36,947 nucleotides of DNA from Octopus bimaculoides (taxonomy: Eukaryota). Under the pieces are notes generated by a model. The model saw only the letters and a list, made by a program, of their open reading frames with translations. It searched no databases and had not been told where the DNA came from. The stretch lies in the NCBI RefSeq assembly GCF_001194135.2, contig NC_068999.1:23359931-23396877 (forward strand), written 5' to 3'. Below are positions 1 through 11,169 of this stretch, one piece after another; within the stretch, counting starts at the first letter, position 1; each line of letters begins with the position of its first letter. Made by a program: the position numbers and the translations under genes.

Positions 1-1204
1 AAGGCTGACAAGAGAAACAACAATTAGAAGGACAGGCAAAAAAAAAGACGGGCCATTCTTGGCTTTCTTTCTTCAGTCAAGTACCAGAAGTCACGACCAT
101 TTCGGACAGTTGCATTTGGGTTCCGTCTGGTTGTCCACGCACGCGCGCGCGCACACACGCACACACATACACACATTATCATTTATATAATTATATATTT
201 AATAATGGATGGAATGTAGTGACAGTGATTATGAATATTAACAATATAACCACGAGAAAATACTTGAAGGGGGCGAAACATAGATACTGTAGGGTATCGT
301 ATATGCAATATAGTGAGTTGAAAAATCTCAATGAATAGTGATTATCAAAGAAATTAACAAAAAAAGACATCTTTTCTATAGGAAATTAATATCTATAACC
401 ATTTAGCTACATCTGCTCTTATCCGAATTGTTTATATTGTCAAAAAATAGTGGTGCTTATCTTAATGAGACAACTGTTGGGTACAATTAAAGACTGAAAT
501 ATATGTGAAATTTATGATTAACTGATCTTATTAGAATTATCTCCTTTGTTGTTTTCTGCAGATTAGAAATGCGTCTCGAAGGAATTTAGTTTAATTTTGC
601 ATGATATAACCGCTTGAATAATCTCAGTTGATGAAGTTTTCTAACTTATATATTGCATATATAAGACCTTTGCGTATTTATATTTGGTAAGCAGAGCGCT
701 CCTCTGAGCTGTTTGCTTTCAGTCACATAGTTGTTATAGCATTCAGATACGTTAAAGGAATCCAGGTTGTATAAGGAATAAAATGTAAAACTAGAGTAAG
801 AGGGTGTAATCGTGTGTTCACCGGTACGAATTTGGACAGAATGAATTGTTCGTGAGCGGGACGTGAATAATAATAATTTTGCTGAGATGACAAAATGTCG
901 GAGAGGAAAGAAAAAGAGCCATAAAGACTTGCAGCGTTATTTCAACCACACATCATTATTTAGGCTCTAAGAGAAGAGGAATATAATGCTATCGATTTAC
1001 ATCTAGCACTTAAAAGAGGATGATGCTGTATTTGACAGGAAACAATCAATGTTTGAGGCGCGATTTTATATTAATGGCTCTGAAGCATGTACAGGTGAGA
1101 AAAACCTAATCTTGAATAGCATCAACAATTCCGTTAATTATTTAAACGCAAGTTGGAAACTTTTACGAAATGTGCATCAGCTCAGTTTACACACCCACTT
1201 TAAC

Positions 1205-1259
1205 GCACACACTCACACACACACACATACACGTGTGTGCGTGTGTGCGTGTGTGTGTG

Positions 1260-1314
<55 letters not shown>
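1205..1314. repeat. (CA)n/(TG)n microsatellite
   Basis: Direct reading: a CA run followed by a long TG run. It accounts for the HTHT/CVCV stretch of ORF 1049..1426. Confidence 0.95.
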
Positions 1315-1317
<3 letters not shown>

Positions 1318-2010
1318 ATCTATATTTCGGACTGAAAAATTAAGGACTGCTGTCTTTTTCTATCCCATTGAATATCTCAATACTGATTTTTTTACTGTTA
1401 ACATTGTTGTTAGTGCTCTTGTATAAAACGCCGTTGCTGATGTTGTTGTTAGCCATGGGTAGGCGTGTCTGACAGGTTTAACCAAAAGAATATTTGTAAT
1501 CTAACATGTTTTACTCCTCTAGTTTGTTTGAATCTCTATTTCGAAAATAATTTGAAAAGTGAAGGAGTGTTTTGTCAGAAGAATAGTTAGTTGTTGAATC
1601 AGTTGACTGTCTTGATTAAACACATGGACGTTTTACACGAACAAATTTCGTTTATATGAGCATTTAGTAGGGACTCCTAATAAAACGAACTTCTGGTTGC
1701 AAATGATCTGTTAATTTTAAAGGTTGATTGGAAAGTTTACAATATCGGAAAAATTCAATTGAAATTAAACAAATTGTTCTGTTTGGGGATGGTCATATTT
1801 TTGCCAATTAGTCCATTCTCAGAATGGACTAAACTGAACAGAAGGAAACCCGTAGGATGAAGAGTCGTTGAAGAGGTCACAGGAGGTTGATGAAAGAGCT
1901 TTGACAAAGAAACTAAAATAATAATAATAATAATAATAAAGCTGAAGTGAAGACAAAGTATATAGTGTGTGTGCTTAAGTGATAAAAATATGACCATCGC
2001 CAAATATAAT

Positions 2011-2364
2011 AATATCGAAGGTAAAAAGAGAGAAAATGGAAAGCTTCTGACAACGCAGAAAGTTTTATAAAATCTTTATATTTCAGACGCAAAAGTCCAT
2101 ATTCAGAAGAAAAGAACAGTCTGGGAAATGTCAAGTTATGTAGGTTTGGTTAACCCATACAAATTCTCTAGCGTTATGTAGCAGCAACGCTACATAACGC
2201 TGGGGAATTTGAATGGGTTAACGGAACCTAAATAACTGGACTTTCTCAGAATGTTGTTTTTCCTTCTGAAGATGGGCCTTTGCACCTGAAATATCAAAGT
2301 TTTATAAAACTTTCCGCATTGTCAGAAGCTTTCTATTTTCTCCCTTTTTACCTTCTTCGATATT
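2011..2364. repeat. ~354-bp imperfect palindrome (foldback / MITE-like)
   Basis: Arm 2011-2182 is the reverse complement of 2189-2364 with scattered mismatches and small indels. Centre reads agcgttatgtagc-AGCAAC-gctacataacgct (6-nt loop). The ORF track shows the same peptide (FIKLSALSEAF) on opposite strands. Confidence 0.9.
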
Positions 2365-2624
2365 GCAATGCTTCAAGCAAACTACAACGCTCTTATAACA
2401 ATATCTGTCCCAACGCACGATTTCACATCAGGAATCTTGCAAAACAAATGCATAAACGTATGCTTGAATACATTCGATTTAAATTAAACATGACATCAGG
2501 TAGGTGGCAGAGGAAAATACCCAGGATATCTGCTGCATTGATAATCAAGCAGTAATTTGGGTGCTAACACACAGCGCACGAAGAAATTTTAATTATTTAA
2601 AATTAAACCAGTAATTATGATAAC

Positions 2625-2760
2625 AAAATCATTATCTTAATTAATTCTGGCCTGTAACTTGTTATTTCTATTTTTGGTAATCAACAAATATGATAATTTG
2701 GTTGAGATTTGAAATGCAAAAATATATATTTATCGTTGACAGCTAATGTAGATTATCGTT
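2625..2760 (+). repeat. ~135-bp direct repeat, copy 1 (copy 2 at 3286-3421)
   Basis: aaaatcattatcttaattaattctg...ctaatgtagattatcgtt occurs twice, roughly 90% identical by eye. Confidence 0.9.
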
Positions 2761-3285
2761 ACTAAGAACAACAGTAAAGGTATTTACACTAAGTTAGTAT
2801 GAAATGTTGCAGTCGAAAATGACAGTAATGCAACTGTTGAAAGTTACCGTTGCAGTGCTGCTTGCTTCGGATCACGCCGGTACAGTCGTTGCACTTTGTC
2901 TTGACTGCTACGGACAAGCGTGCGTAGCAACAGAAAGTTCTATTTATAGCGTGCCTGTTCAAGAAAAAGAGGTGCGAAAAAATAACTTGCTGATAAGATC
3001 GTGTTTACAAATGTACCAGAATGGTCAGTTTATCAGTGACGTCAGCAATAATTGGGTGAACTGCATCCGTGTTTAGATGATATGCATTGGTTACAGTGAT
3101 CCGGGTTCGATTTCTAGGTGTTTTGGGACTGCCAAATATTCCTGCTACAGATGAATAAGACAGGGGAAACAACACCGAAATTGGTATACAGTAGAGAGTA
3201 ATTTCTGGTAGTATGGCAACATCGTTGTGAAAGTGATAATGAAAAACATCATTCTGAGATGCTTTCAGGGAAATTATAATAAAAA

Positions 3286-3421
3286 AAAATCATTATCTTA
3301 ATTAATTCTGCTCTGTAACATGTTATTTCTATTTTTGGTAATCAACAAATGTGATAATTTGGTTGAGATTTGAAATGCAAAACTATTTATTAATCGTTGA
3401 CAACTAATGTAGATTATCGTT
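3286..3421 (+). repeat. ~135-bp direct repeat, copy 2
   Basis: Matches 2625-2760 and abuts the decayed 3' end of the PLE fragment. Confidence 0.9.
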
Positions 3422-3429
3422 GGTAGATT

Positions 3430-4525
3430 ATCCAGGTATGTTTAAGACATAGCTTCTTTATGCAGAATAACTTGAAAAACTCCGAAGGCGAGGAGATGCT
3501 TGTCTTCTAATCTAAGGGTTTTAACACTTAAAGAAAAGAATGGTGTGAACCACAACACTTTTCAGTGGCGCTTTCTCTTGGAGGAGTTAGGGTCTGGCGT
3601 GTAACTAATTCTATTATTGAAACCACTGGCAGCTAGAGCCTTATTATAGTACGGAGCGGCAGCATAAAAAATCTCTTTGCTTGAAGAGAGATTAGAGTTT
3701 CTTCTGCTGCCGCCCTTAACCAGGCTCTTGAAAACTATGGCTGGATGACAGGAATCTGTGTTAATATATGATAGCTTCTCATTTGGCTTTCTAAAGTGTC
3801 TATAGGCACTGGACTCCAAGTCCAGAGTCACATTAATGAAATCCACCGTTTTCAGGTTGGTTTCTATCGTGACCTTCAGTCCAAGGGAGTTCATGCTGCT
3901 GGTGAGGTCCTTTCTAAGCTTATCTGGTGTATAACCGTTTGCCCCTCTTGATATTGCTAGCGCGTCATCCCTGTAGAGGCTAAAGCTAGTGAAAGGAAAC
4001 TTCTTTTTGACTACATCTAGGACGAAGAAATCAACGAGGTCGCAAACGTTAGCACTGTCGAAAGCGCCCATTACCACGCCGAAGGAGTCTTCTGGGTCAG
4101 TTCGTTTGGCCCAAGCCGACCCCTTACTGACGAATAGGGTTCTTCTGGCGTGCATGATAATGCGTATGTCCTCGTCACTAACTTCAGTATGGGAACTACC
4201 AAAGTCCAGTGCCTTAAAAAGGAGGTCCCTCGATATAGATGTGCAAAGGTTCATTATATTGAATTGGGTAAACCTAGCTCTATCCCTTCCGCTACTGGTT
4301 TTAAACCATGTTATGACCTTGCTGGTGGTACGCCATAGGGCGAGGCCAGAAGCATTTCTAACACCGTTGTTGATCTTCCAAATGAGCTGTTTGCTCACCT
4401 GTCTTATCTCAGACTTCTCAGGGTTTATCATGCACTTGGAGTTAGAGGCAAAGTTTGGTTTATGATCCTCGAGCATAATGAAGGCTTCTTTCTTTGCAAA
4501 TGCCTCTACCCTATCCTCCATACCT
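3430..4525 (-). mobile_element. Penelope-like retroelement reverse transcriptase/thumb fragment (degenerate, probably Naiad-type)
   Basis: Translation includes EAFIMLEDHKPNF, INPEKSEI, FTQFNI, VVMGAFDSANVCDLV, SLYRDDALA, LKVTIETNLKTVDFINVTLDL and YINTDSCHP, all typical PLE RT/thumb motifs. Past the TGA at 3562-3564 homology continues (KVLWFTP.FSLSVKT..DKH, then SYS) to ~3430. No GIY-YIG domain is seen, and the 5' part runs into a gap. Confidence 0.88.
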
Positions 4526-4541
4526 ATATATATATATATAT

Positions 4542-5317
4542 NNNNNNNNNNNNNNNNNNNNNNNNNNNNNNNNNNNNNNNNNNNNNNNNNNNNNNNNNNN
4601 NNNNNNNNNNNNNNNNNNNNNNNNNNNNNNNNNNNNNNNNNNNNNNNNNNNNNNNNNNNNNNNNNNNNNNNNNNNNNNNNNNNNNNNNNNNNNNNNNNNN
4701 NNNNNNNNNNNNNNNNNNNNNNNNNNNNNNNNNNNNNNNNNNNNNNNNNNNNNNNNNNNNNNNNNNNNNNNNNNNNNNNNNNNNNNNNNNNNNNNNNNNN
4801 NNNNNNNNNNNNNNNNNNNNNNNNNNNNNNNNNNNNNNNNNNNNNNNNNNNNNNNNNNNNNNNNNNNNNNNNNNNNNNNNNNNNNNNNNNNNNNNNNNNN
4901 NNNNNNNNNNNNNNNNNNNNNNNNNNNNNNNNNNNNNNNNNNNNNNNNNNNNNNNNNNNNNNNNNNNNNNNNNNNNNNNNNNNNNNNNNNNNNNNNNNNN
5001 NNNNNNNNNNNNNNNNNNNNNNNNNNNNNNNNNNNNNNNNNNNNNNNNNNNNNNNNNNNNNNNNNNNNNNNNNNNNNNNNNNNNNNNNNNNNNNNNNNNN
5101 NNNNNNNNNNNNNNNNNNNNNNNNNNNNNNNNNNNNNNNNNNNNNNNNNNNNNNNNNNNNNNNNNNNNNNNNNNNNNNNNNNNNNNNNNNNNNNNNNNNN
5201 NNNNNNNNNNNNNNNNNNNNNNNNNNNNNNNNNNNNNNNNNNNNNNNNNNNNNNNNNNNNNNNNNNNNNNNNNNNNNNNNNNNNNNNNNNNNNNNNNNNN
5301 NNNNNNNNNNNNNNNNN
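4542..5317. other. Assembly gap (N). Other gaps: 12748-12882, 14132-14399, 17705-18050, 28773-29010, 31124-31203, 32894-33031, 34393-35267, 36050-36357
   Basis: N runs, mostly flanked by microsatellites. Confidence 0.99.
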
Positions 5318-5987
5318 CTCATGGACTCAAGCAACGATTTCTTTGCCGAAAATTGTGCCCGTACGTCAATATGAAGCAGCGTAAGGAATGGCTTAGCCCC
5401 GGTAAACAAGCGACCACCGCGCGTGAAACAAGATCTTCATCTGCGTAAAACGATGTTGTGCGTATGGTGGGACTGGGAAGGAGTTATACATTACGAATTG
5501 CTTGAACGGAACCAAACGGTCATCGCAGAACTTTATGTTCAACAGATGGAACGACTCAACATGGCTATTCAAGAGAACAGACCTAATCAGCAGCATGGAG
5601 TTCTTCTACTGCACGACAGCGCCCGCCCTGATATCGCCAATATGACCTAGGAAGCCATTCAAACGCATGGCTGGGAAGTGCTGCCACACCCGTCGTACTC
5701 TCCTGATTTGGCAAACGGATTTCCACTTCTTTCTATCTCTTTCAAATGCTATGCGCGGAGTTTTGTTCAATATTGATGCAGAATTGAGAGCTTGGTTGGA
5801 TCAATTGTTCGAGTCGAAATCGGGTGATTTCTACCAACGAGGTATTGAAAATCTTGTCGAACATTTGGAAGAAGTTGTAAACAACAAGGGTGAATATATT
5901 ATTGATTAATTAGTTGTTATTTTTTTTATTAAACCTTAAAAAAAATTTTTTTTTTTAAATGGTGGGAACTTAGCTACCAACCTAATA
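5318..5987 (+). mobile_element. mariner (Tc1/mariner, DD34D-type) transposase 3' remnant with right TIR
   Basis: YVNMKQRKEWLSPGKQ, KTMLCVWWDWEGVIHYELL, LLHDSARP, HPSYSPDLA.TDFHFF, FYQRGIENL...NKGEYIID. Carries a stop at 5648-5650 and frameshifts. Right TIR reverse-complements to TA-TTAGGTTGGTAGCTAAGTTCCC (mariner-like) and ends in TA at 5986-5987. Confidence 0.93.
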
Positions 5988-6074
5988 TATGTGTGTATAT
6001 ATTGACAATTTGAAATCTACATAAAAAACCTAACGTAGAAAACGACTATATTTATCTACTAAAATTGATGACGT

Positions 6075-6620
6075 CACTGGATATCTAAAGAACAAAAACT
6101 GCAGACAAGAATTCTACGTTATGTTTAATAGATAACTAAATAATAATTCTACGTAATGCTTAATAGAAACTTATATACTTTATGTCGCGATAATTTATTT
6201 ATTTATTTAATATAATAAATCCGTCTATAGGAATTAACCTTATTTTATAATAACTGAAGAATTATTATATTCAATAACATATACAACCACCGAGGATCTC
6301 ACTGGATAATTAAAAAATAAAAATTACAGAAAAGACAACCAAGTATCAATTTATTCATTATAATAAACTCTTATACAGGAATTAACCTTACTATTTAATA
6401 ATTGAAAAATTATTATAATTAATGATAATATATTCAATTATTGATGACTGCACTAGATAACTAAAGAATAAAAATAACGGATAAGATAATTAAATGCCTA
6501 TTTAATTATTATATTATACCCTTTTATAGGAAAATTACTATAGAAAAATTACTATAATTAATAATAAAAGAATAAAAATTATAGATAGAATTCTACGTTA
6601 TGCTTAATCGAAGCTTAGAT
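6075..6620. repeat. Very AT-rich degenerate tandem array (~147-150 bp period)
   Basis: a(t/c)aggaattaacctta at ~6227 and ~6374 with a variant at ~6526; cact(g/a)gata at ~6075, ~6300 and ~6451; aattctacgt.atg.ttaat.ga at ~6110, ~6145 and ~6589. Confidence 0.55.
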
Positions 6621-6747
6621 ATTTTACATCGCTATAATTAATTACTTACTCATTATATTAAGCACTTTAATAAAAATTAACCTTATTATATAATAATTAA
6701 TTAAGAAATTATTATAATTAATAACTGAAATATTAGAATATATGTGG

Positions 6748-6757
6748 AGCAGTAGTG

Positions 6758-6809
<52 letters not shown>

Positions 6810-6844
6810 CAGCAGCAGTAGCACCATCAGTAGTAGCAGCAGCG

Positions 6845-6941
<97 letters not shown>

Positions 6942-6952
6942 CAGCAGCAGCG

Positions 6953-7002
<50 letters not shown>
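6748..7002. repeat. (AGT)n/(AGC)n compound trinucleotide microsatellite
   Basis: Direct reading. Explains the poly-S, poly-V, poly-L and poly-Y ORFs. Confidence 0.97.
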
Positions 7003-7003
<1 letters not shown>

Positions 7004-7879
7004 CTGTTGGTTTATGTTGAGTAATCTAAACTGAAATTGCCTTATGTCGAGGTAGATAACTGATGAAAGAAGAGAATATGAATAGAGAGGACGCAAAGGA
7101 AATAAACTTTTACAATAAATAAACTTATAGAATGGGGAAAAGAATCAAAGCCACATAAAGGAGCAAGTAAGGTGGAGATGAGGGAAGATGGTGCATGTGT
7201 AGGTGGGATCTGTCGAAATGGATTAGTCAACGGTTTTACATGCAACCGAGTTCGTAACACGATATCTATGTGTTTGTATAACTATATGCACTTTAGTGGA
7301 TAATGACGAGTTGGCTTCTCTGGAGATGGATGCTCGTACATATATCTGAATGTGTACGTACATATTCGTTTGTAAATCTATAATTATTTATGTTAGGTTA
7401 TATAGCATATAATCGTACTATGCGACCTTGTTTTCCTCACTTTCATTATTATTAATAATATGCTGTTTATATTACGTTCTTATGCGTCATACGTTTGCGT
7501 TCACGCTATATATTAATGATATACATAATCGACAGAATCAGTATTAGATCAACATAGCATTCTGTATATCATACTTAATGCAAATATATTGTTGAAAGCC
7601 TTGAAACTGCGTTATTCCTCTCGGGAAGGCATCTCGTATTGACTTATAAAATTAAAATAGAGAAATGTGTCAGAAGCAGACGGAAAGTGTCTAGCAGTGG
7701 TAGTAGTATTTCTAAATACGTATTTCTACTTCCTTTTTGCACTAGAACCCCCACACACACACACACACAAGAAATTTACTTAAATATAATATTACGAAAA
7801 AAGAAGTTGAAGTTCTGAAAAATACCAAAAGCTGAATTTTAAAATTCTAGTTTTCATCATACACTTAGTGTTTGGATTA

Positions 7880-8860
7880 CTGGAACTCTTTTAGTAATTA
7901 TAAAATGTGCTTAAATATTTCTTATCTAAGATAGGGCTCTGCAGCTCAATTTTAGCCATTTCCAATAATTTCCCTTATTTGAAGCCCATCAAATTTTATA
8001 TTATGTTGTTTAAATGGGAAAACAAAACTTTACTCCAGAACTTGGATCATCTCATCTTAGGACGGTTAGCGAAATATTGCCGCAAACATAATTTTCACTC
8101 TTCGTGCAGAAGATACACCACAAATCTCAGCGAGATTACGGGTCCTTTTTCCGCTAGCTTCTTATGTTTTTTCACTTCAGAGATTACAGAGTTCAGAACT
8201 CGGAGAAATGTTTCCAACCAAGAAGCACTTTTTCTGACTTGCCACAGGTAATAAAACACACACTTCGTTTTCATTACCATCTTTTGACATTGCAATAATT
8301 TATGTCTGGACATCTAAGCCGAACCATTAATCCATATTCACTAAACTTTACTCTAATTTCCAGAAGGTACATTTCCAGAGATACACTAAGATCCATGACA
8401 ACATATTTTCTGGCTCCAAGACTTTAATTGTTTTGTTTAGTTATGATAATGTTCTAAAGAATTACCAGAAAGGTTGTTTCTTAATTTTCCATTTTCTTAA
8501 TTAATCTTTCTGCAGCTCACTTTGAGTTTGTCATCTCCTGTTCAGTGACAGGTGATATAAATCCAATCTTTAATTTTCTCGAAGACCCTCTACGGAGCCT
8601 GAAAAGCATCAAAATGTGATGATCACCATATATCATATAGGTGCTTGACCATAACAGCATTTTCTAAAGATGATTCCGAAATTGTTCTACAAAAACAACG
8701 AAAAAGGAATACAGATGCTGAACAAAGTCAAAAAATGGTACAATCTGAATACAAACTCTATCGCTTTTACTCCAACTAAATCCAGATTGTATGCAGCACA
8801 GGGATATATATAGTAAACCCATACAGTTGATGGGTCCATGATTGCAATTCACTATTGCAT
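7880..8860 (-). mobile_element. Possible heavily decayed CR1/L2-type LINE RT remnant
   Basis: Only scattered weak motif echoes in roughly the expected order: IQSGFSWSKS (cf. QHGFRxGRS), KIKDWI, DLSVS (cf. DLGV), INYCNV.W (cf. LEYCSxxW). Confidence 0.25.
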
Positions 8861-10659
8861 TCAGGTATGTTTAAGACATTCTCATATGACTAACCACGAT
8901 AATATGATGGCGGAATTTTCTTATGAAAATCTACACTAGAGTCTGATAGATATTTTTGCTATATGAGAAAAGATGAGAATGAACGTAATGGACAAATATT
9001 TATAGCATTTAATTATTGACAGACACCATAGCTTGACTAGTATCTGCAGCAAGCAAACAGATTAGCATTGAACCCCACTCCCTAGACTCGTGATCCCACC
9101 TCACACCAGACAACTACCCAGGGTACCCATGCTTTTAGACTGTACTATTCCAACTAAGTACGAGTCGAGACAATGTGAAAGCCTTTTCATGACTACTTAA
9201 TCTACTAAAAAGAGTAACTAAATCTCCCTCAAATCATATTCTACAATGTTTTATTATATAAAAGGATACATTAAATGATATGGTATTAGACACACTGTCC
9301 GAACGCAAGACAGGATGGTTACTTAGTTATGGTTGGAAATTCTTTAACCACCAAGAGCAAAACAGACCTGAATTTAAATAACAACAACAACGACAACAAC
9401 AACAACAACAGTAATGAGAAGTATTTATTAAATTGTTATAAAGTAGGAATGAAGGATTGGCTCTAGACTAATTCGAATGAACTTCCAGGGTGAATCGCTA
9501 TCTACTAATGAGCCTCATCACGTGAAATATGACTTATCATTTTAAGAAAACGCTTCTGCCACACTCATTGAACTCTCAGTCACTCCCACAACAACACGTG
9601 ATAGCATTAATTACATTAATTGCGATACAGAAAGAGTTCTTTGAACATGTGGTGACTGATTGGTCAGTCAGTCACAAATCGCTTTTGTTTTTATAAGTGG
9701 TTTGATAAGGAATCAAAATAGACTCATCGATAATATATGAACAGTTTAAATTTAGAATTAGGATATTACGTCGACAAATATTTCATGGGTTGGTTTCTTG
9801 GGTCACTGATATTTCGATTAGGGTAAATTTTAATGACTTTACAAATATATTTTTGAAAATCTTAAATTTTCTCAAGAGAGTTGTTGCAACGGAAGCTGGT
9901 CGAGTCGACAATGTATCGAACTACTAGCCCAGATTTCTGGTTCATAAAAACCCATAGCCAATCCCTTTACTCTCGTTGATTCAACTTGCATAGCTTTGTA
10001 GATGTTAGACTTAATCAGACTTAACACCACCATCTGGCTTCTAAGTTCTTTTAATGGAGTGCATTCAGTTGCAAGCATTGGAACCACGTTTACGGTCAGC
10101 TGATAGGCCGCTGTTCTTTCTCCTCTGAGTAACTCATTAACAAAATAGACACTACGTGTAGGTATAACTCACGAACATAAGCAGACAAATAACTATATAA
10201 CTAACGAACGTTTCGTTACTGTATATTATTGAATTCAATGGCTCTTCTTCTATCAGCCAGTTATTTTCCCACAACTCAACAAAACTGCAGTTAAACATCC
10301 AAAATATTAGCAATATTCATGAAGTGAAGTAGTTTCAACCTGGAATTGAAACGAAGTCTTGGATTAAGTTCCAGTCGAAATAAGTTCAATTACAGGATAG
10401 TTCTTAGGGGTCTTAATATAAAAGAAGAGTTTGTACTTGTAGCATTCACTGTCCTTTTGAGACCAGTGAAATCAATGTGGTTTAGTTGGTAGACTAAATC
10501 CTTTACTGGGTTTAACTCAACTCTACTATCTCTCAGTTTGGTGCCTTTGGACCTATCCTCTTTATTACAAACATTCGGGTCAGGCTTTTGGTCTTAGGAT
10601 GACTTCCTCTCGTCCTGCCACCAATCTAAGTCGTCACGGGAAAGTTCGTAGGCGTTGTT

Positions 10660-11080
10660 CTTCTTTCTATAATTAGGCTATTAAAAACAAAGTCAATAAC
10701 TGCATGGAAATCCTAGGCTGGGAGGGTATTCCAGACAGGTTATTTCTGGAGTAAAAATATTTAATATAGTAGTTAGTACGAGGTCCACAGATGAAAGACA
10801 TAAACAATATAGATGGCAAAAGGAGAGTAAACGATGGAGTTGTGTTGGCCTAGGTGTAGGTGACACGGCACTAACTAATTCCAAGAAGCAGGAGCCACTG
10901 TAGTCGTTGCAGAAATTTCAGAATTAAGAAAATAGCATACCTATAGTTCATATTAGTGAACGACTCCATGTCAGTCAGTCGGGTGGTTTTGGGGGAGGAG
11001 AACTGACATTCCCAGCAAGACCGTTTCAGGTGTGGGAGTAGTTTCGTAAGTGAATCTTACTCGAGCTTCAGAGATGATTT
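10660..11080 (-). mobile_element. L2/Crack-type LINE 3' ORF2 remnant
   Basis: Frameshifted translation gives ARVRFT..YSHT*NG (cf. AQVRPxLEYCSHIW), FCNDYSGSCFLELVSAVSP (cf. FYRYYNGxCSxEL), SSVDL..T.LNIFTPEITCL and WNTLP (cf. SFxPRTSxLWNSLP). Confidence 0.6.
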
Positions 11081-11169
11081 TCATTTATTCATTTACTTAT
11101 TATTTTCTTCACAATATATATGCATCACACCTAACTTTCCAGCACATATCCCACACACCTCATATTATT

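Noticed and set aside
3433-3450. Identical 18-mer caggtatgtttaagacat also at 8862-8879
   Set aside because: No similarity in the flanks; plausible by chance in AT-rich repetitive DNA.
3562-3564. In-frame TGA in the PLE ORF as a selenocysteine codon (some Naiad PLEs encode selenoproteins)
   Set aside because: It lies in a basic run (KRKRH*K) where Arg is expected, so CGA-to-TGA decay is simpler. Downstream sequence is deleted and frameshifted, and I see no SECIS.
3562-5448. Long ORFs of 296-615 aa spanning the first gap, and similar ORFs at other gaps
   Set aside because: They are open only because N codons are read as X. The 615-aa ORF joins the antisense of a mariner to a PLE RT across 776 N.
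6642-7096. Poly-Ser/Val/Leu/Tyr ORFs, and the CVCV/HTHT/poly-I/N/D ORFs elsewhere
   Set aside because: Translations of microsatellites; no domain content.
8181-8247. Candidate internal exon (ttcag...cag/gtaata) with two open frames
   Set aside because: 67 bp, no recognisable protein, and it overlaps a probable antisense LINE remnant; needs RNA-seq.
9872-10087. KGLAMG as a PLE RT motif
   Set aside because: A single short motif; flanking residues do not fit (no SPxSP or YxDD).
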